The position numbers were made by a program, and so were the translations under genes. A stretch of DNA of 64,000 nt from IMG/VR virus record IMGVR_UViG_3300015606_001334, positions 256,001 through 320,000 of that record; one strand, given 5' to 3'. Source of the stretch: a virus (Duplodnaviria; Caudoviricetes). Shown here piece after piece: positions 47,501-56,480 of this stretch; position 1 is the first letter of the stretch; every line of letters starts with the position of its first letter. The notes beneath the pieces are model-generated. The model worked only from the letters and a program-made list of their open reading frames with translations, ran no database searches and was not told the DNA's origin.

Positions 47501-49152
47501 ACTCGGCTTCGGATACTTACGATCTAAATCTTCTTGACCTTCACAAGACCGTCAATAATGTTGATGTGATCGAACAGCGTTTCGACGTTTTCTCATCCCA
47601 CTTTGGTCACCAACGTGGTGCTGGTGTCGGACAAACTTATTATGACGACATGAAGCATGGTTTATCCCGTGATGGCCTGGGACATCACGATGGTACGGTT
47701 GAGTTCATCATTAATGCTTCTAGTCAAATCCCGCAAAGAACCTCCGGTGCAACTGTAGTGTATCCTACTTTGCACTTTGAAGTTAGATCAAACGATCTTC
47801 CACTACATCATGCAAACGATTTGATCATCTTCAATAACGTTGAAGCAACCGACGATGTCTACCTAGAAAGAGCAACTTACGATCGTCTATATCTAAAGTC
47901 CTCATCTGAAAAGGCAGAAATCGCTTTTAATCCGTATAACGAAGCAGATCACTGGTTCCCAATCTACACTAAGCCTGCGAAAATTTTCTCTGACGAATCG
48001 GATCTAATTGACGTTCACGTAGCAATAAATGACAAGAAGATTGGTACTATCACAAGAACTATCGGAGCAATCAACGAATATCAACTCCGTGTTGACGGCA
48101 CCGATGGTGGTTTCTTCTCAGAATACCTACCATTTAATACACGTCTAGCATCGAAGGTCGTTCAGGACGAGCAAGAGAATGAATTCATTAATGCTCGCAT
48201 TACTGAGAAAATGAAGTTCTTTGACCTTTATAGATTCTCAGATAAAGTCAATATTAGTTTGCTAGAATCTAAGATTAAAACTATTGTACAAATACCAGTA
48301 TTCGATTATGACAAAGATGGTAACATTATTGGTATTATAGGTTTCCACGATAGACTAAACGTAAAGATCTTCGACAGCAACTTCAAGGGATTCTTCTCAG
48401 GCTATGACACTCAACCATACGATTTTGAGGTAGTCCATCCAAATGAGCCAATCCATCCAGCTGATGAATCACATACTGTGGATTCTTACTATGAAGACTC
48501 TGGTGTAATTCAAACTGCACACTTTGGCGTTGTAGCTGGTGGCGCACCAGTTAATCCAAACACTGGTGCCGTTGAAGGTTACGGTGGCGTCGGTATGTAT
48601 CTTCGCGATAATTCTCCTGAAACTCAGACCAGATCCAAGATTTCTGAAATCATGGTGATCTATTCTAGACTCTCAGCTGACGCGATTGATTATGCACCAG
48701 CATTCGCTGATTCTGGCCTACCTCCACTTGACGCGGAAGGCTGGAATAATGCAGACGTCTACGATGGTCTACCTTTAGTTGATCCATACGGTTGGGACAA
48801 TGCTGTATTCGATATGCAGTATGGCCTAATTGAAACGATCGAAACTAACGTCACATTTGATTTAACTGCTTACGTTGGCTCAGTTAAAAAGCACGTTGAC
48901 GACAATGGAGTTCCTGATGGCTCAGAACTTTCAACAACTCCATACGCTAGCGTTCCAAGCGCTCTCATCGCCGTGACTAGAACTATTGAGACCGCTACAA
49001 TAATGTTGACAGGTCTTTCTGTAAATAACATAGTCATGTACTCAGACCTACAGGCTGGAATTCAGATTCCAATCAATGTAGTAGAGCAAACTGCAGATTT
49101 TATCAAGATTCAATTAACAACTCCTTCTGTTGGTAAGATTGTGATTTTCTAA
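44560..49152 (+). CDS. large baseplate/fibre-attachment structural protein
   Basis: YINDVKPFHSKL N-terminus; repeated W.x.H.L modules and F..GD.F modules. Confidence 0.7.
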   Translation: MSNYLYSSNAVDSLIAYINDVKPFHSKLSEIVEEYQFYETVNVKINDDKRFTRTKIAGIWDSEIYSDGLYAPYLNLPFVKQAKSSKYWNGGLGINFTEYDKQIPGLTTAYPLGSNTGVRHVKKNGATQTEGIDFHLTHGAYTVTLDGQKQKYVESMLDVSPLSDSLVNTLQSEQDAALENTVDPLNIDPNPIVWESGFNPAQTVGLQLLNEDSRLGYDDVTDGIGSVIKITPNLDAPNYEEWTLECVKVNNTSDGTRLSFDYSTGEAALSQWQIQHALGTKDVFIQCYAEVNGVTVPISPKRIEFTDDNTINVYFTKGMKGFAKVIRYVRSSLTYAEDFPVNSAVWDVQHNLGTTSLIFSTMVFLNGTSNPIEKLNPKRIEFVNDNRVRVYFTNPQAGRIVIGAAGAYTSNVFEQPVASKQWSFANTLNLTNDVFQFIRADGSIIFPKDVIIDESFINVTFSRPTAGKMVFTKLFATGNENTIFSVSGSETGLIGFAKVGLTFSSSLISFIITAVDSSAHFYLGQKFVLTPHNRIVSHKNYTAKEKWSFIKVNPIAHKKPRFSKTNGMHIIDFSFSDPGVRPQNLTATFNGSTFDVVSSLDGSIGTADIGSTFSTSEYSFKIVAGSINPSVGDYFYVTIENDDPYAVGFDLTLGYDVDITAQSKVHSYSQFLSKNLARPDVTAKYPTGEVVSYDVVEYDDRLIGFDLSVLNLTITNKRIQNCYFELEYNGTYFTVKKFTDSVNRIPLAEFAYIYPGVPYTCVDFSINLPSNVEFFGNDSGGDLFVFSVINPDPAVDAFDFSIVSLNFGHISLYPKSFIDSPAKDWLIRFTDSTNFEVFDQHNAATKWNGNVYESFDNGYIHFTIFTDSVPFEQNDLFRVTINDEKPSYLVHNEVTGFSKPLTVGKWYWNGKIGLKIDFPKYVVPHTQQMIFTDHDNPLHQWIKEVEVPRVVKVNEEIPVIKLDSGGSPIATIKFTKPPRYDSASDTYDLNLLDLHKTVNNVDVIEQRFDVFSSHFGHQRGAGVGQTYYDDMKHGLSRDGLGHHDGTVEFIINASSQIPQRTSGATVVYPTLHFEVRSNDLPLHHANDLIIFNNVEATDDVYLERATYDRLYLKSSSEKAEIAFNPYNEADHWFPIYTKPAKIFSDESDLIDVHVAINDKKIGTITRTIGAINEYQLRVDGTDGGFFSEYLPFNTRLASKVVQDEQENEFINARITEKMKFFDLYRFSDKVNISLLESKIKTIVQIPVFDYDKDGNIIGIIGFHDRLNVKIFDSNFKGFFSGYDTQPYDFEVVHPNEPIHPADESHTVDSYYEDSGVIQTAHFGVVAGGAPVNPNTGAVEGYGGVGMYLRDNSPETQTRSKISEIMVIYSRLSADAIDYAPAFADSGLPPLDAEGWNNADVYDGLPLVDPYGWDNAVFDMQYGLIETIETNVTFDLTAYVGSVKKHVDDNGVPDGSELSTTPYASVPSALIAVTRTIETATIMLTGLSVNNIVMYSDLQAGIQIPINVVEQTADFIKIQLTTPSVGKIVIF

Positions 49153-49207
49153 TCAGAAACCAATAGAATAAATACCCCAAACCATCTAATTTACAAGGTG
49201 AGAACAC

Positions 49208-49783
49208 ATGGAAATTTCTACTAAAATCAAAGGTCACGTTCTAATCCAAGACAAAGCTACTGGCGAAGTCTTGCTTGATAAGATGAATGCTGTTCATCCA
49301 CAGAACATGGCAAGAATTATTGCCCGCGGCCTTGCTAATGAACCAAACCAACAGATCTTCAAGATTGCTCTAGGTAACGGCGGAACCTATATCGGTTCCG
49401 ATGCTAAGATTGTTTACAACAGTCCACACACCACCAACCCAACTACCAAACTTTATAACCAAACTTATGAAGAAATCGTTGATGACAATGATTCACGAAT
49501 CATTTCTTACCCAGGTAACTCGGTAATCAGTCAGCCTTCTCCATCTGATACTTCATCTTTGGTGATCTGTACTATTCAGCTTTCAGCAATGGAGCCTTCT
49601 GGCCAAGCAGCGACTGATGGAGAAACCAAAGACACTGAATCTCCATTCACTTTCGACGAGCTAGGTCTAATGACCGCCGATACTCCTCCACTATTGCTGT
49701 CACATATCATTTTCAACCCAATTGAAAAGAACCAACAGCGCGAGCTAATCATCTCTTATACCCTGACCGTCTCGGTAAGTTAA
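49208..49783 (+). CDS. virion structural protein (baseplate/fibre-associated)
   Basis: IKGHVLI.D, FDELGL, LLSHIIFNPIEK..RELIISYTL; late promoter. Confidence 0.7.
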   Translation: MEISTKIKGHVLIQDKATGEVLLDKMNAVHPQNMARIIARGLANEPNQQIFKIALGNGGTYIGSDAKIVYNSPHTTNPTTKLYNQTYEEIVDDNDSRIISYPGNSVISQPSPSDTSSLVICTIQLSAMEPSGQAATDGETKDTESPFTFDELGLMTADTPPLLLSHIIFNPIEKNQQRELIISYTLTVSVS

Positions 49784-49798
49784 TCTACTCGATTATCT

Positions 49799-49833
49799 GG
49801 GCGGATGAAAGAATTTCATCCGCCCAATTCTTT
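49799..49833 (+). terminator. intrinsic terminator
   Basis: GGGCGGATGAAA..TTTCATCCGCCC. Confidence 0.7.
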
Positions 49834-49869
49834 ATAAATACACCAAGATAACATTTGTAGATTAAGACC

Positions 49870-50835
49870 ATGGAACTTAATTTTAGGCAGGGTATTTTAA
49901 AGCGTCAAGCAGACCTCACAAATACTTCAATTTTCATCCAAAAGACCAGCCTCGACGGCCGTTATTTGGATTTGATCGTTTCGCCAGATCCGACAGTTTT
50001 TACTGTCTCACACTTTGCTGCAAACTACTTAGTTGAGGAAACTCGTACTGTAGAAAAAGCTTGGGGTCCGATGGAACCAACGGGTGATACCCAGTATTTG
50101 TATTGGGATGTCAGCCTACTAGACGCTTCCCTAACTCGTGGTTTTACCCTACATCCTCCAATCGTCAGTGCTGCTGAGCCAGTCAATCCATTGAATGATC
50201 AGCATTGGTACGATACTGCGAATAATGTTTACAAAGTTTGGTTAAACAATCGTTGGCAAACAAAGCTTAGAGTATTTGCTGCGATCTACGACCGTAATGC
50301 GAATATCGTTCCATATCCAGTTGGTTCCCAGGTTGGAATAAATGGCAACTTTACCGCAGGCAACATTGTTCTTGGTAAGAACAACAAACCACTAAGAGAT
50401 TCTGACGGAACCTTCGTAACATCCGAATCGAATCTTATCATCGCTCGAACTTCAGCAGAAGCAGTCAAATTTGACAGTGTTCTAGCATTTGCTGAAGCAG
50501 TAGAGAACATCCCAAAGTTCACTCTTGTTACTATTCTACCTCATCGTAAAGTAGTTTCGGCGTCCTTCCTAAGAACTGACCGTCACATTCACGGTCTAGT
50601 TACCAGTGATTTAAATCCTGGTGAGGTTGGTCAAATTGTTTCGAATGGTATCATTAGAAATGAACAATGGAGTTTTTCAGACAACTCAATTGGTAAACCA
50701 CTATTCTGTGGAGCAGCAGGAGAAGTTACTCTAACTCCTCCTATTTCAGGAATTCTTCAACAAGTCGGCTTCGTCTATGACGTTGACGCTATTTGTTTGA
50801 ATTTCTATGCGCCAGTTGTTCTGACTAACAGCTAA
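49870..50835 (+). CDS. virion structural protein
   Basis: Late promoter TATAAATA; C-terminal G.I.N..W.F..G..LF.G..G.VT.TPP..QQVG pattern typical of phage decoration/fibre proteins. Confidence 0.65.
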   Translation: MELNFRQGILKRQADLTNTSIFIQKTSLDGRYLDLIVSPDPTVFTVSHFAANYLVEETRTVEKAWGPMEPTGDTQYLYWDVSLLDASLTRGFTLHPPIVSAAEPVNPLNDQHWYDTANNVYKVWLNNRWQTKLRVFAAIYDRNANIVPYPVGSQVGINGNFTAGNIVLGKNNKPLRDSDGTFVTSESNLIIARTSAEAVKFDSVLAFAEAVENIPKFTLVTILPHRKVVSASFLRTDRHIHGLVTSDLNPGEVGQIVSNGIIRNEQWSFSDNSIGKPLFCGAAGEVTLTPPISGILQQVGFVYDVDAICLNFYAPVVLTNS

Positions 50836-50858
50836 TATCATAAGAAATAGGATACATA

Positions 50859-52103
50859 ATGTCAGAAAACTTAATTTCAAAAGACATAGGAGCTCCAGAG
50901 AACGTTTACGTTCCTGTCTATGTTGATACTTCGGGTGTTTATAGACGAACACCTCGCACTGGCTTACTAGATATTGCAGGTATTTACGGATCCAATTTTA
51001 CTATTGGTGGTAAAGCGGTCATGCTTGCTGACGGTTCATCGTCAGACGGCTCCGGAGCAATTGATCTACAGACAGTCTACTTTCATTCACAAGCTGTTAA
51101 TGGTGCAGCAAAGATCAATCTTTCCGCAGGAAAAGACTTTGCAATTTGTGACAGCCTTGGAAACTCATACATAACGGTTGACTCAGAAACCGGTAAGGTC
51201 ACCATTAGCGGTGAAATGTCGGTTATTTCGTCAATTGTCAAATTCACTGGTGCATACCAAGAGTTTAACCACCTAAACATTCTATCTTCTGACGGAGGTA
51301 GAACAGCTCTTCTAGTTGAGCCGTTAAATGGTGTAAACTTTACGACAGATGCGGTTCGAATCAGAACTTCAGCATCAGGTCCAGTCGATTTTTCTATCAA
51401 CGCTCAAGGACAAACATACATCAGAGATTTGATCGTCGATTCTATCGATGCGAATCTAATTGATGGTGTAGACTTTGCAGCAATCTCTAACCATCTATCA
51501 CCAACAGCGAGTCCATTTAAGCATTTTGCTTCAGAGATTCGTTATGTACCAAGCCAGCAAGCTGTTCAAGTATTGAACTTGAACGGTGGACTATCAGTCA
51601 ATTCAGCACTTGATCAGATAATTGGCACTTTCTCAGGAAGACTTGATACCCTATCTGCAGCAATCGATTTGATTCTTGCTGATGAGCAATCAGAAACCAG
51701 TTTCTTCCAACGAATTGTCAACCTTGAAGGCAATGTCTTTAACATAAATCAGACATTGTCTACTCAGAGCCAGAGAATCGGCGCAGTTGAAACTGACGTA
51801 GCTCAGATCAAAACCCGATTAACTGAGATTGCAACCACCAACCTAACCGGTATTAATTTTGAACAGATTTCTCCAAGTACAGTTTGGTCGATTTATCACA
51901 ACACTGGTTCGCCGTATATCCAATATTCGGTTTACGACAGTTCAAACAGAGCTATTTGGCCAGATGATGCATTTGCTTTAGACGACAATACTTTTGTAAT
52001 CGTATTTTCAAATGAGCAAGTTGGTAGAGCAATTCTAACTTGTCTCGCTCCTCCATTAACAACAATCACCGGAGGAGAAATGCCTCCAGTGGCCCCTGCA
52101 TAA
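50859..52103 (+). CDS. fibre-like structural protein
   Basis: Beta-rich N-terminus, coiled coil, C-terminal W.I.H module. Confidence 0.65.
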   Translation: MSENLISKDIGAPENVYVPVYVDTSGVYRRTPRTGLLDIAGIYGSNFTIGGKAVMLADGSSSDGSGAIDLQTVYFHSQAVNGAAKINLSAGKDFAICDSLGNSYITVDSETGKVTISGEMSVISSIVKFTGAYQEFNHLNILSSDGGRTALLVEPLNGVNFTTDAVRIRTSASGPVDFSINAQGQTYIRDLIVDSIDANLIDGVDFAAISNHLSPTASPFKHFASEIRYVPSQQAVQVLNLNGGLSVNSALDQIIGTFSGRLDTLSAAIDLILADEQSETSFFQRIVNLEGNVFNINQTLSTQSQRIGAVETDVAQIKTRLTEIATTNLTGINFEQISPSTVWSIYHNTGSPYIQYSVYDSSNRAIWPDDAFALDDNTFVIVFSNEQVGRAILTCLAPPLTTITGGEMPPVAPA

Positions 52104-52224
52104 GTGCAAAAGTGACAAATATAACTTTTGTAATACGATAAACGTAGTCGAAAAATTTGATTTTTTTCGACTACCCAATAAATAAGATTATCCTCAAAGG
52201 TAATAAACAAATAAGGTATATCAT

Positions 52225-52464
52225 ATGAGTAACACCCCTAGACAAACAATTTCGACTAGTGATATAGTGTTAGCCGCAACATTGAAAGTTAAAGGCTTTG
52301 TTCTAAATAGAATAGAGAAGAATGGCAACAAGGGTATTTTTATATTCGATGATGTTGAGGTCTCAGTTGTTGAAGACTATGATCTTGGTAAATGCCTAGT
52401 TGAACCGATTGCTTTCAACAATTCAATTAAAGCTCTCACTACAGCAACTCGAAGAATTATTTAA
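52225..52464 (+). CDS. DUF5659-like small protein
   Basis: TSDIVLAATLKVKGF..F.F....VEP..F. Confidence 0.6.
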   Translation: MSNTPRQTISTSDIVLAATLKVKGFVLNRIEKNGNKGIFIFDDVEVSVVEDYDLGKCLVEPIAFNNSIKALTTATRRII

Positions 52465-52494
52465 TATTTTTGCAAAAATCAAGGAGATAAAAAC

Positions 52495-54540
52495 ATGCGT
52501 CTAAATGGTAATCTAGTTCTAAACGCAGGCGGCCTATCTGAAATCCAGAATGCAGTCGTCGAACGCGTTTCCCAACTACCTTCTTTCTCTGCAGCAGAAA
52601 AAGGCCGTTTCGTCTTTCTAACCACCGAAGGTAAAATCTATTACAACGACGGCGTTCAGTGGTCCACTCTAGCAACTGGTGGTAACGCAGCTAATCTACA
52701 AGCCGAAGTTGACCAACTAGAAGCTTCCCTAGGTAATCTATTTACCCAAGCTGGCGGTTTCGACAAGAACGGTGCTGCATTCCAACACGAATACACTGGT
52801 TCTTCCCTAACCCAACTTCTAGTTCAACTAGACCAGTATCTAGCAACTGCTGAAGCAGCTACTGCTTCCGAAGCAGATCGTGCAACCGCAGCAGAAGCAG
52901 CTCTATCTGCATCTCTAGCAGCTGAAGTTTCCGCACGTCAAGCAGCAGATTCGTCCGCCGGCGCAGCTCTAGCAGCTGAAGCATCTGCACGTCAAGCCGC
53001 TGATGCAACCCTAACTTCTGATCTAGCATCTGAAGTTTCCCGTGCAACTTCCGCAGAATCCGCTCTAACTTCTAACCTAGCATCTGAAGTTTCCCGCGCT
53101 CAAACTGCTGAAGCAGCTCTACAAGCAGCAATCGATACCGAAGCTTCTGTTCGCGCAGCAGCAGACGCAGCAGAAACCACCAGCCGTCAAGCAGCTGACG
53201 CTTCTAACTACGCAGCTCTAACCGACCAAATCGCTACCGAGACTACCGCTCGTCTAGCAGGCGACGCAGCTCTAAACACTCGCGCTGATGGTCTACAAGC
53301 TGAACTAGATGTTACCCAACTAGGTGCAGGTCTAAACGTTGACGGTACTTACACCGCTCCAGCAAACACCACCTACCTAGGCGATTCTACCTCCCTAAAG
53401 ACCGCTGACGTCGCTCTAGACACCGCAATCAAGGCAGAAAAGGATCGTGCAGTTGCAGCTGAAGCTTCCCTAGCTTCTGGCCTAGCAAACGAAGCTCAAC
53501 TTCGCGCTGATGGCGATGCAAACCTACAGTCTCAATTGACCGCATGGGTTAACACTCAGCTAACTTCTAACCAAGCTGCTGACATCGCAGAAACTTCCGC
53601 ACGTATCGCAGCTGACGCTGCTCTACAAGCAGAACTAGACGCAACTCAAGCTTCTATCGGTCTAGATACCAACGGTAACATCATCCCTGTTACTGGTACC
53701 AACTACCTAGACGGCATCGCTTCTGTTTTCGCAGGCGCATTCGTTCTAGACACCCAAATGAAGATCAACGCAGATGCAATCGCAGCAGAAACTACTGCTC
53801 GCCAAGCAGCTGACGCAATCTTCCAATCTAACCTAGATACCGAACGTGATGCACGTATCGCTGGCGATCTAGCACTACAAACCGAATTGAATACTACTCA
53901 ATCCGGCGCTGGTCTAGAAACCGACGGCACCTACGCTGCTCCAACTGGTTCTAACTATCTTGGTTCTGCAATTTCCCTAAAGGATGCTGATTACATCCTA
54001 GACGGCGCAATCAAGAACAACGCTGACGCAATCTCTGCTCTATCTGCATCTTCTGGTGCAGCTCTATCTGCAGAAACTTCTGCTCGCCAAGCAGCTGACG
54101 CAGCTCAAGCAGCTAACCTAGCAGCAGAAACCACCGCACGTCAAGCAGCTGACGCAGCTATCGCTGCTGATCTAGCAGCTGAAGTTTCCCGTGCTGGTAC
54201 CGCAGAAGCAGCAATTGCAGCAGATCTAGCATCTGAAGTTACTCGTGCAACCGGCGCAGAAGCAGCTATCGCAGCTGATCTAGCTGGTCTAACCACTCGT
54301 TTCGAAACCATCTACTTCTTGTACGATGGTGCTTCTGCAACTTCACACTCCGTTGCTCACGGTTTGAATCAGAAGTACGCAAACGTTACCGTGGTTGATG
54401 CAGCAACTGATGAAGTTATCATCCCACAAGCGATCGTCTTCGACGGTCCAAATGTACTAACTGTTACCCTAAACACCGCTTTGGCAATCAAAGTCGTTGT
54501 TATGGCAGTTGGTCCAGCAGCTCCAGTAGCACCAGCTTAA
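52495..54540 (+). CDS. Ala-rich coiled-coil fibre protein
   Basis: Many (A/S)E.(S/T)ARQAAD 11/18-residue repeats; three ELD.TQ..GL..(D/N)G..NYL blocks; highly biased codon use. Confidence 0.75.
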   Translation: MRLNGNLVLNAGGLSEIQNAVVERVSQLPSFSAAEKGRFVFLTTEGKIYYNDGVQWSTLATGGNAANLQAEVDQLEASLGNLFTQAGGFDKNGAAFQHEYTGSSLTQLLVQLDQYLATAEAATASEADRATAAEAALSASLAAEVSARQAADSSAGAALAAEASARQAADATLTSDLASEVSRATSAESALTSNLASEVSRAQTAEAALQAAIDTEASVRAAADAAETTSRQAADASNYAALTDQIATETTARLAGDAALNTRADGLQAELDVTQLGAGLNVDGTYTAPANTTYLGDSTSLKTADVALDTAIKAEKDRAVAAEASLASGLANEAQLRADGDANLQSQLTAWVNTQLTSNQAADIAETSARIAADAALQAELDATQASIGLDTNGNIIPVTGTNYLDGIASVFAGAFVLDTQMKINADAIAAETTARQAADAIFQSNLDTERDARIAGDLALQTELNTTQSGAGLETDGTYAAPTGSNYLGSAISLKDADYILDGAIKNNADAISALSASSGAALSAETSARQAADAAQAANLAAETTARQAADAAIAADLAAEVSRAGTAEAAIAADLASEVTRATGAEAAIAADLAGLTTRFETIYFLYDGASATSHSVAHGLNQKYANVTVVDAATDEVIIPQAIVFDGPNVLTVTLNTALAIKVVVMAVGPAAPVAPA

Positions 54541-54551
54541 TTTAAGCTCTG

Positions 54552-54589
54552 AAAATGGCCCGAAACCTTATGGTTCTCGGGCCATTTTT
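54552..54589 (+). terminator. intrinsic terminator
   Basis: AAAATGGCCCGA...TCGGGCCATTTTT. Confidence 0.75.
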
Positions 54590-54645
54590 GTATAAATAGG
54601 ATCATAAAGAAGATTTTCTTTTTCTCCACTAAAAGGGCAAAAATT

Positions 54646-55248
54646 ATGAGACATTACGGTAACATCAACCTACAACAAAATGAATTGCAGAACGCAGTCA
54701 TTCCTCTTGATACTTATTTCCCAGCAAATCCAAAAGTTGGTCAACTAGTTTTCAAGGCTAAGATTCTTTACATCTGCGTCGAGATCAACAATGGTCTTCC
54801 AATCTGGTGTCCATTGACCCAAGAGATTAACACCTACATCCACAATCAAACTTTTGCTGCTTCTTCTTGGAACGTTGTTCACAATTTGAACTCCACCGTT
54901 CCTCACGTTCAAGTGTTTGGTCAAGATGGCAAGATGGTAATCCCTAACGAAATCATCGCTATTGACAATGACACTCTATCGATCGAATTTGGTATCCCAT
55001 TTGCAGGTCGCGCAACTGTCATGATTGGTAATCTAGAAGGTTCAGAACGTCCTTCTTACGGTTTTGAATACGACCAAACTTCTCCATCTTCAACTTGGAC
55101 CGTCAACCATGGCTTGGGTTACTACCCATTGGTTCGCGTCTTCGTTGGTAACGAAGAAGTTCAGCCAGCTCAAATCATCCACGACTCTGTCAATACTACC
55201 CGAATCATCTTCTCTTCTCCATTCGTTGGCGTTGCTAAGTTCATGTAA
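54646..55248 (+). CDS. structural protein with two W.V.H(N/G)L modules
   Basis: N-terminus paralogous to the 681-aa fibre; late promoter at 54591. Confidence 0.7.
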   Translation: MRHYGNINLQQNELQNAVIPLDTYFPANPKVGQLVFKAKILYICVEINNGLPIWCPLTQEINTYIHNQTFAASSWNVVHNLNSTVPHVQVFGQDGKMVIPNEIIAIDNDTLSIEFGIPFAGRATVMIGNLEGSERPSYGFEYDQTSPSSTWTVNHGLGYYPLVRVFVGNEEVQPAQIIHDSVNTTRIIFSSPFVGVAKFM

Positions 55249-55262
55249 TTGGGAGATTGATC

Positions 55263-55487
55263 ATGTCTAGATACTTTCTTCCGAAGGAATTCATCTTCAA
55301 TCAAGATACTCCAGCTAGTGTGTGGACTATCAAACATGCTCGTGGTTTTCCAAGCATTGACATCTACATTACCGAAAATGGTAAGGTTGAAAGAATTATT
55401 CCTTTCGAAATCAAATTTATCAGTGAGTCGGTAAGTGAAGTTCACTTCACCCGTCCATTTGCTGGATTTGCAAAGATTGTAGGATAA
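55263..55487 (+). CDS. single-module small structural protein
   Basis: WTIKHARGFP..HFTRPFAGFA; GGGAG SD. Confidence 0.7.
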   Translation: MSRYFLPKEFIFNQDTPASVWTIKHARGFPSIDIYITENGKVERIIPFEIKFISESVSEVHFTRPFAGFAKIVG

Positions 55488-55496
55488 GGAGAAAAC

Positions 55497-55706
55497 ATGA
55501 GCTCAAAATCTTTTAGATTCGATACAGCAGCAACCGAGTGGACTGTTACTCACAATCTAACTCGCACTGTTTGCTCAGATGTTTACATTTTCGATAGTCA
55601 AGATCGTCCAGTAAAGGTTTTTCCTTTGGACATCATTAAGATCAGCGAAGACGTAATCAAGATCACGTTCTCCAAACCTCAAAAAGGTATGGTGATGGTG
55701 TTCTGA
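55497..55706 (+). CDS. single-module small structural protein
   Basis: WTVTHNL..FSKPQKG; AAGGAG SD. Confidence 0.7.
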   Translation: MSSKSFRFDTAATEWTVTHNLTRTVCSDVYIFDSQDRPVKVFPLDIIKISEDVIKITFSKPQKGMVMVF

Positions 55707-55725
55707 AACAGAACCCAACACTATG

Positions 55726-55760
55726 AAAAAGGCGATGAATTTTCATCGCCTTTTATTTTT
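55726..55760 (+). terminator. intrinsic terminator
   Basis: AAAAGGCGATGAA-TT-TTCATCGCCTTTT. Confidence 0.75.
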
Positions 55761-55803
55761 CTAAAGAGAATAAATATCCTTGTCAACCTTAAAGGAGATG
55801 AGA

Positions 55804-56214
55804 ATGTTTTCTCTACTTAGTTCATTAACTTCCAACGTGAAGCTTATCGTTGGTGCTGTTATCCTTGCAATCGTTCTAGCTGTCATTGGGACATTTGCTT
55901 GGAAGTACAATAGCGCTTTAAACGAAATCAAAGAAACCCAAAACAAAAACGTAACTCTAGAAAAAGAAAAATCTGTCCTAGCCCAAGCGAACACTGTAAA
56001 CCAGAAGACTATTGAGGATATGAAGACTGACTTGGCAGCTAAAGAAAAGACAGTTACGGATTTCAGAATTCAAAAAGCTCGTGATGACAAAAAGATTTCC
56101 GATTTCCAAGAAATCATTAGGTCTTACTCATCCGATAAAGATGGCCCAATTTCTATCGTGCTAAAAGACACCGTTCGTGAAATTCAAAAGGATAGAGAAG
56201 GAAGATTAAAATGA
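55804..56214 (+). CDS. i-spanin (Rz-like)
   Basis: N-terminal TM helix then coiled coil; AAGGAG SD; ATGA overlap with a lipoprotein gene. Confidence 0.75.
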   Translation: MFSLLSSLTSNVKLIVGAVILAIVLAVIGTFAWKYNSALNEIKETQNKNVTLEKEKSVLAQANTVNQKTIEDMKTDLAAKEKTVTDFRIQKARDDKKISDFQEIIRSYSSDKDGPISIVLKDTVREIQKDREGRLK

Positions 56215-56477
56215 AAAAACTTCTAATTTGTTTATCTGTGGTCTTTATTTCAGCCTGCACCTGCAATCCTGAAAAACCATCTGAGCCTACGACTACTCAT
56301 GAGTTGATTACCAAGAAGATCCCTTCAGAACTTCTTGTTATTCCTTCAGCTCCTCAATCGCCAAATTTGGATGGAACACAAAAGGACATCTCTCTTTGGT
56401 TGCTTGAGAATGAGAAGAGAGTAAAGCAGCTAGAAAACCAAATCGATAAGATTCGACAGTACAACGAAGGAAAATAA
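56211..56477 (+). CDS. o-spanin lipoprotein (Rz1-like)
   Basis: MKKLLICLSVVFISA-C lipobox; Pro-rich mature part. Confidence 0.75.
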   Translation: MKKLLICLSVVFISACTCNPEKPSEPTTTHELITKKIPSELLVIPSAPQSPNLDGTQKDISLWLLENEKRVKQLENQIDKIRQYNEGK

Positions 56478-56480
56478 GAT

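Noticed and set aside
30889-49152. Inteins or introns explaining the very large baseplate genes
   Set aside because: No C/S...HN splice motifs, LAGLIDADG blocks or frame interruptions were seen
52860-54300. Short direct repeats (e.g. CTAGCATCTGAAGTTTCCCG) as a possible CRISPR array or DGR repeats
   Set aside because: They are in-frame, degenerate coding repeats of the coiled-coil fibre, with no unique spacers or reverse transcriptase
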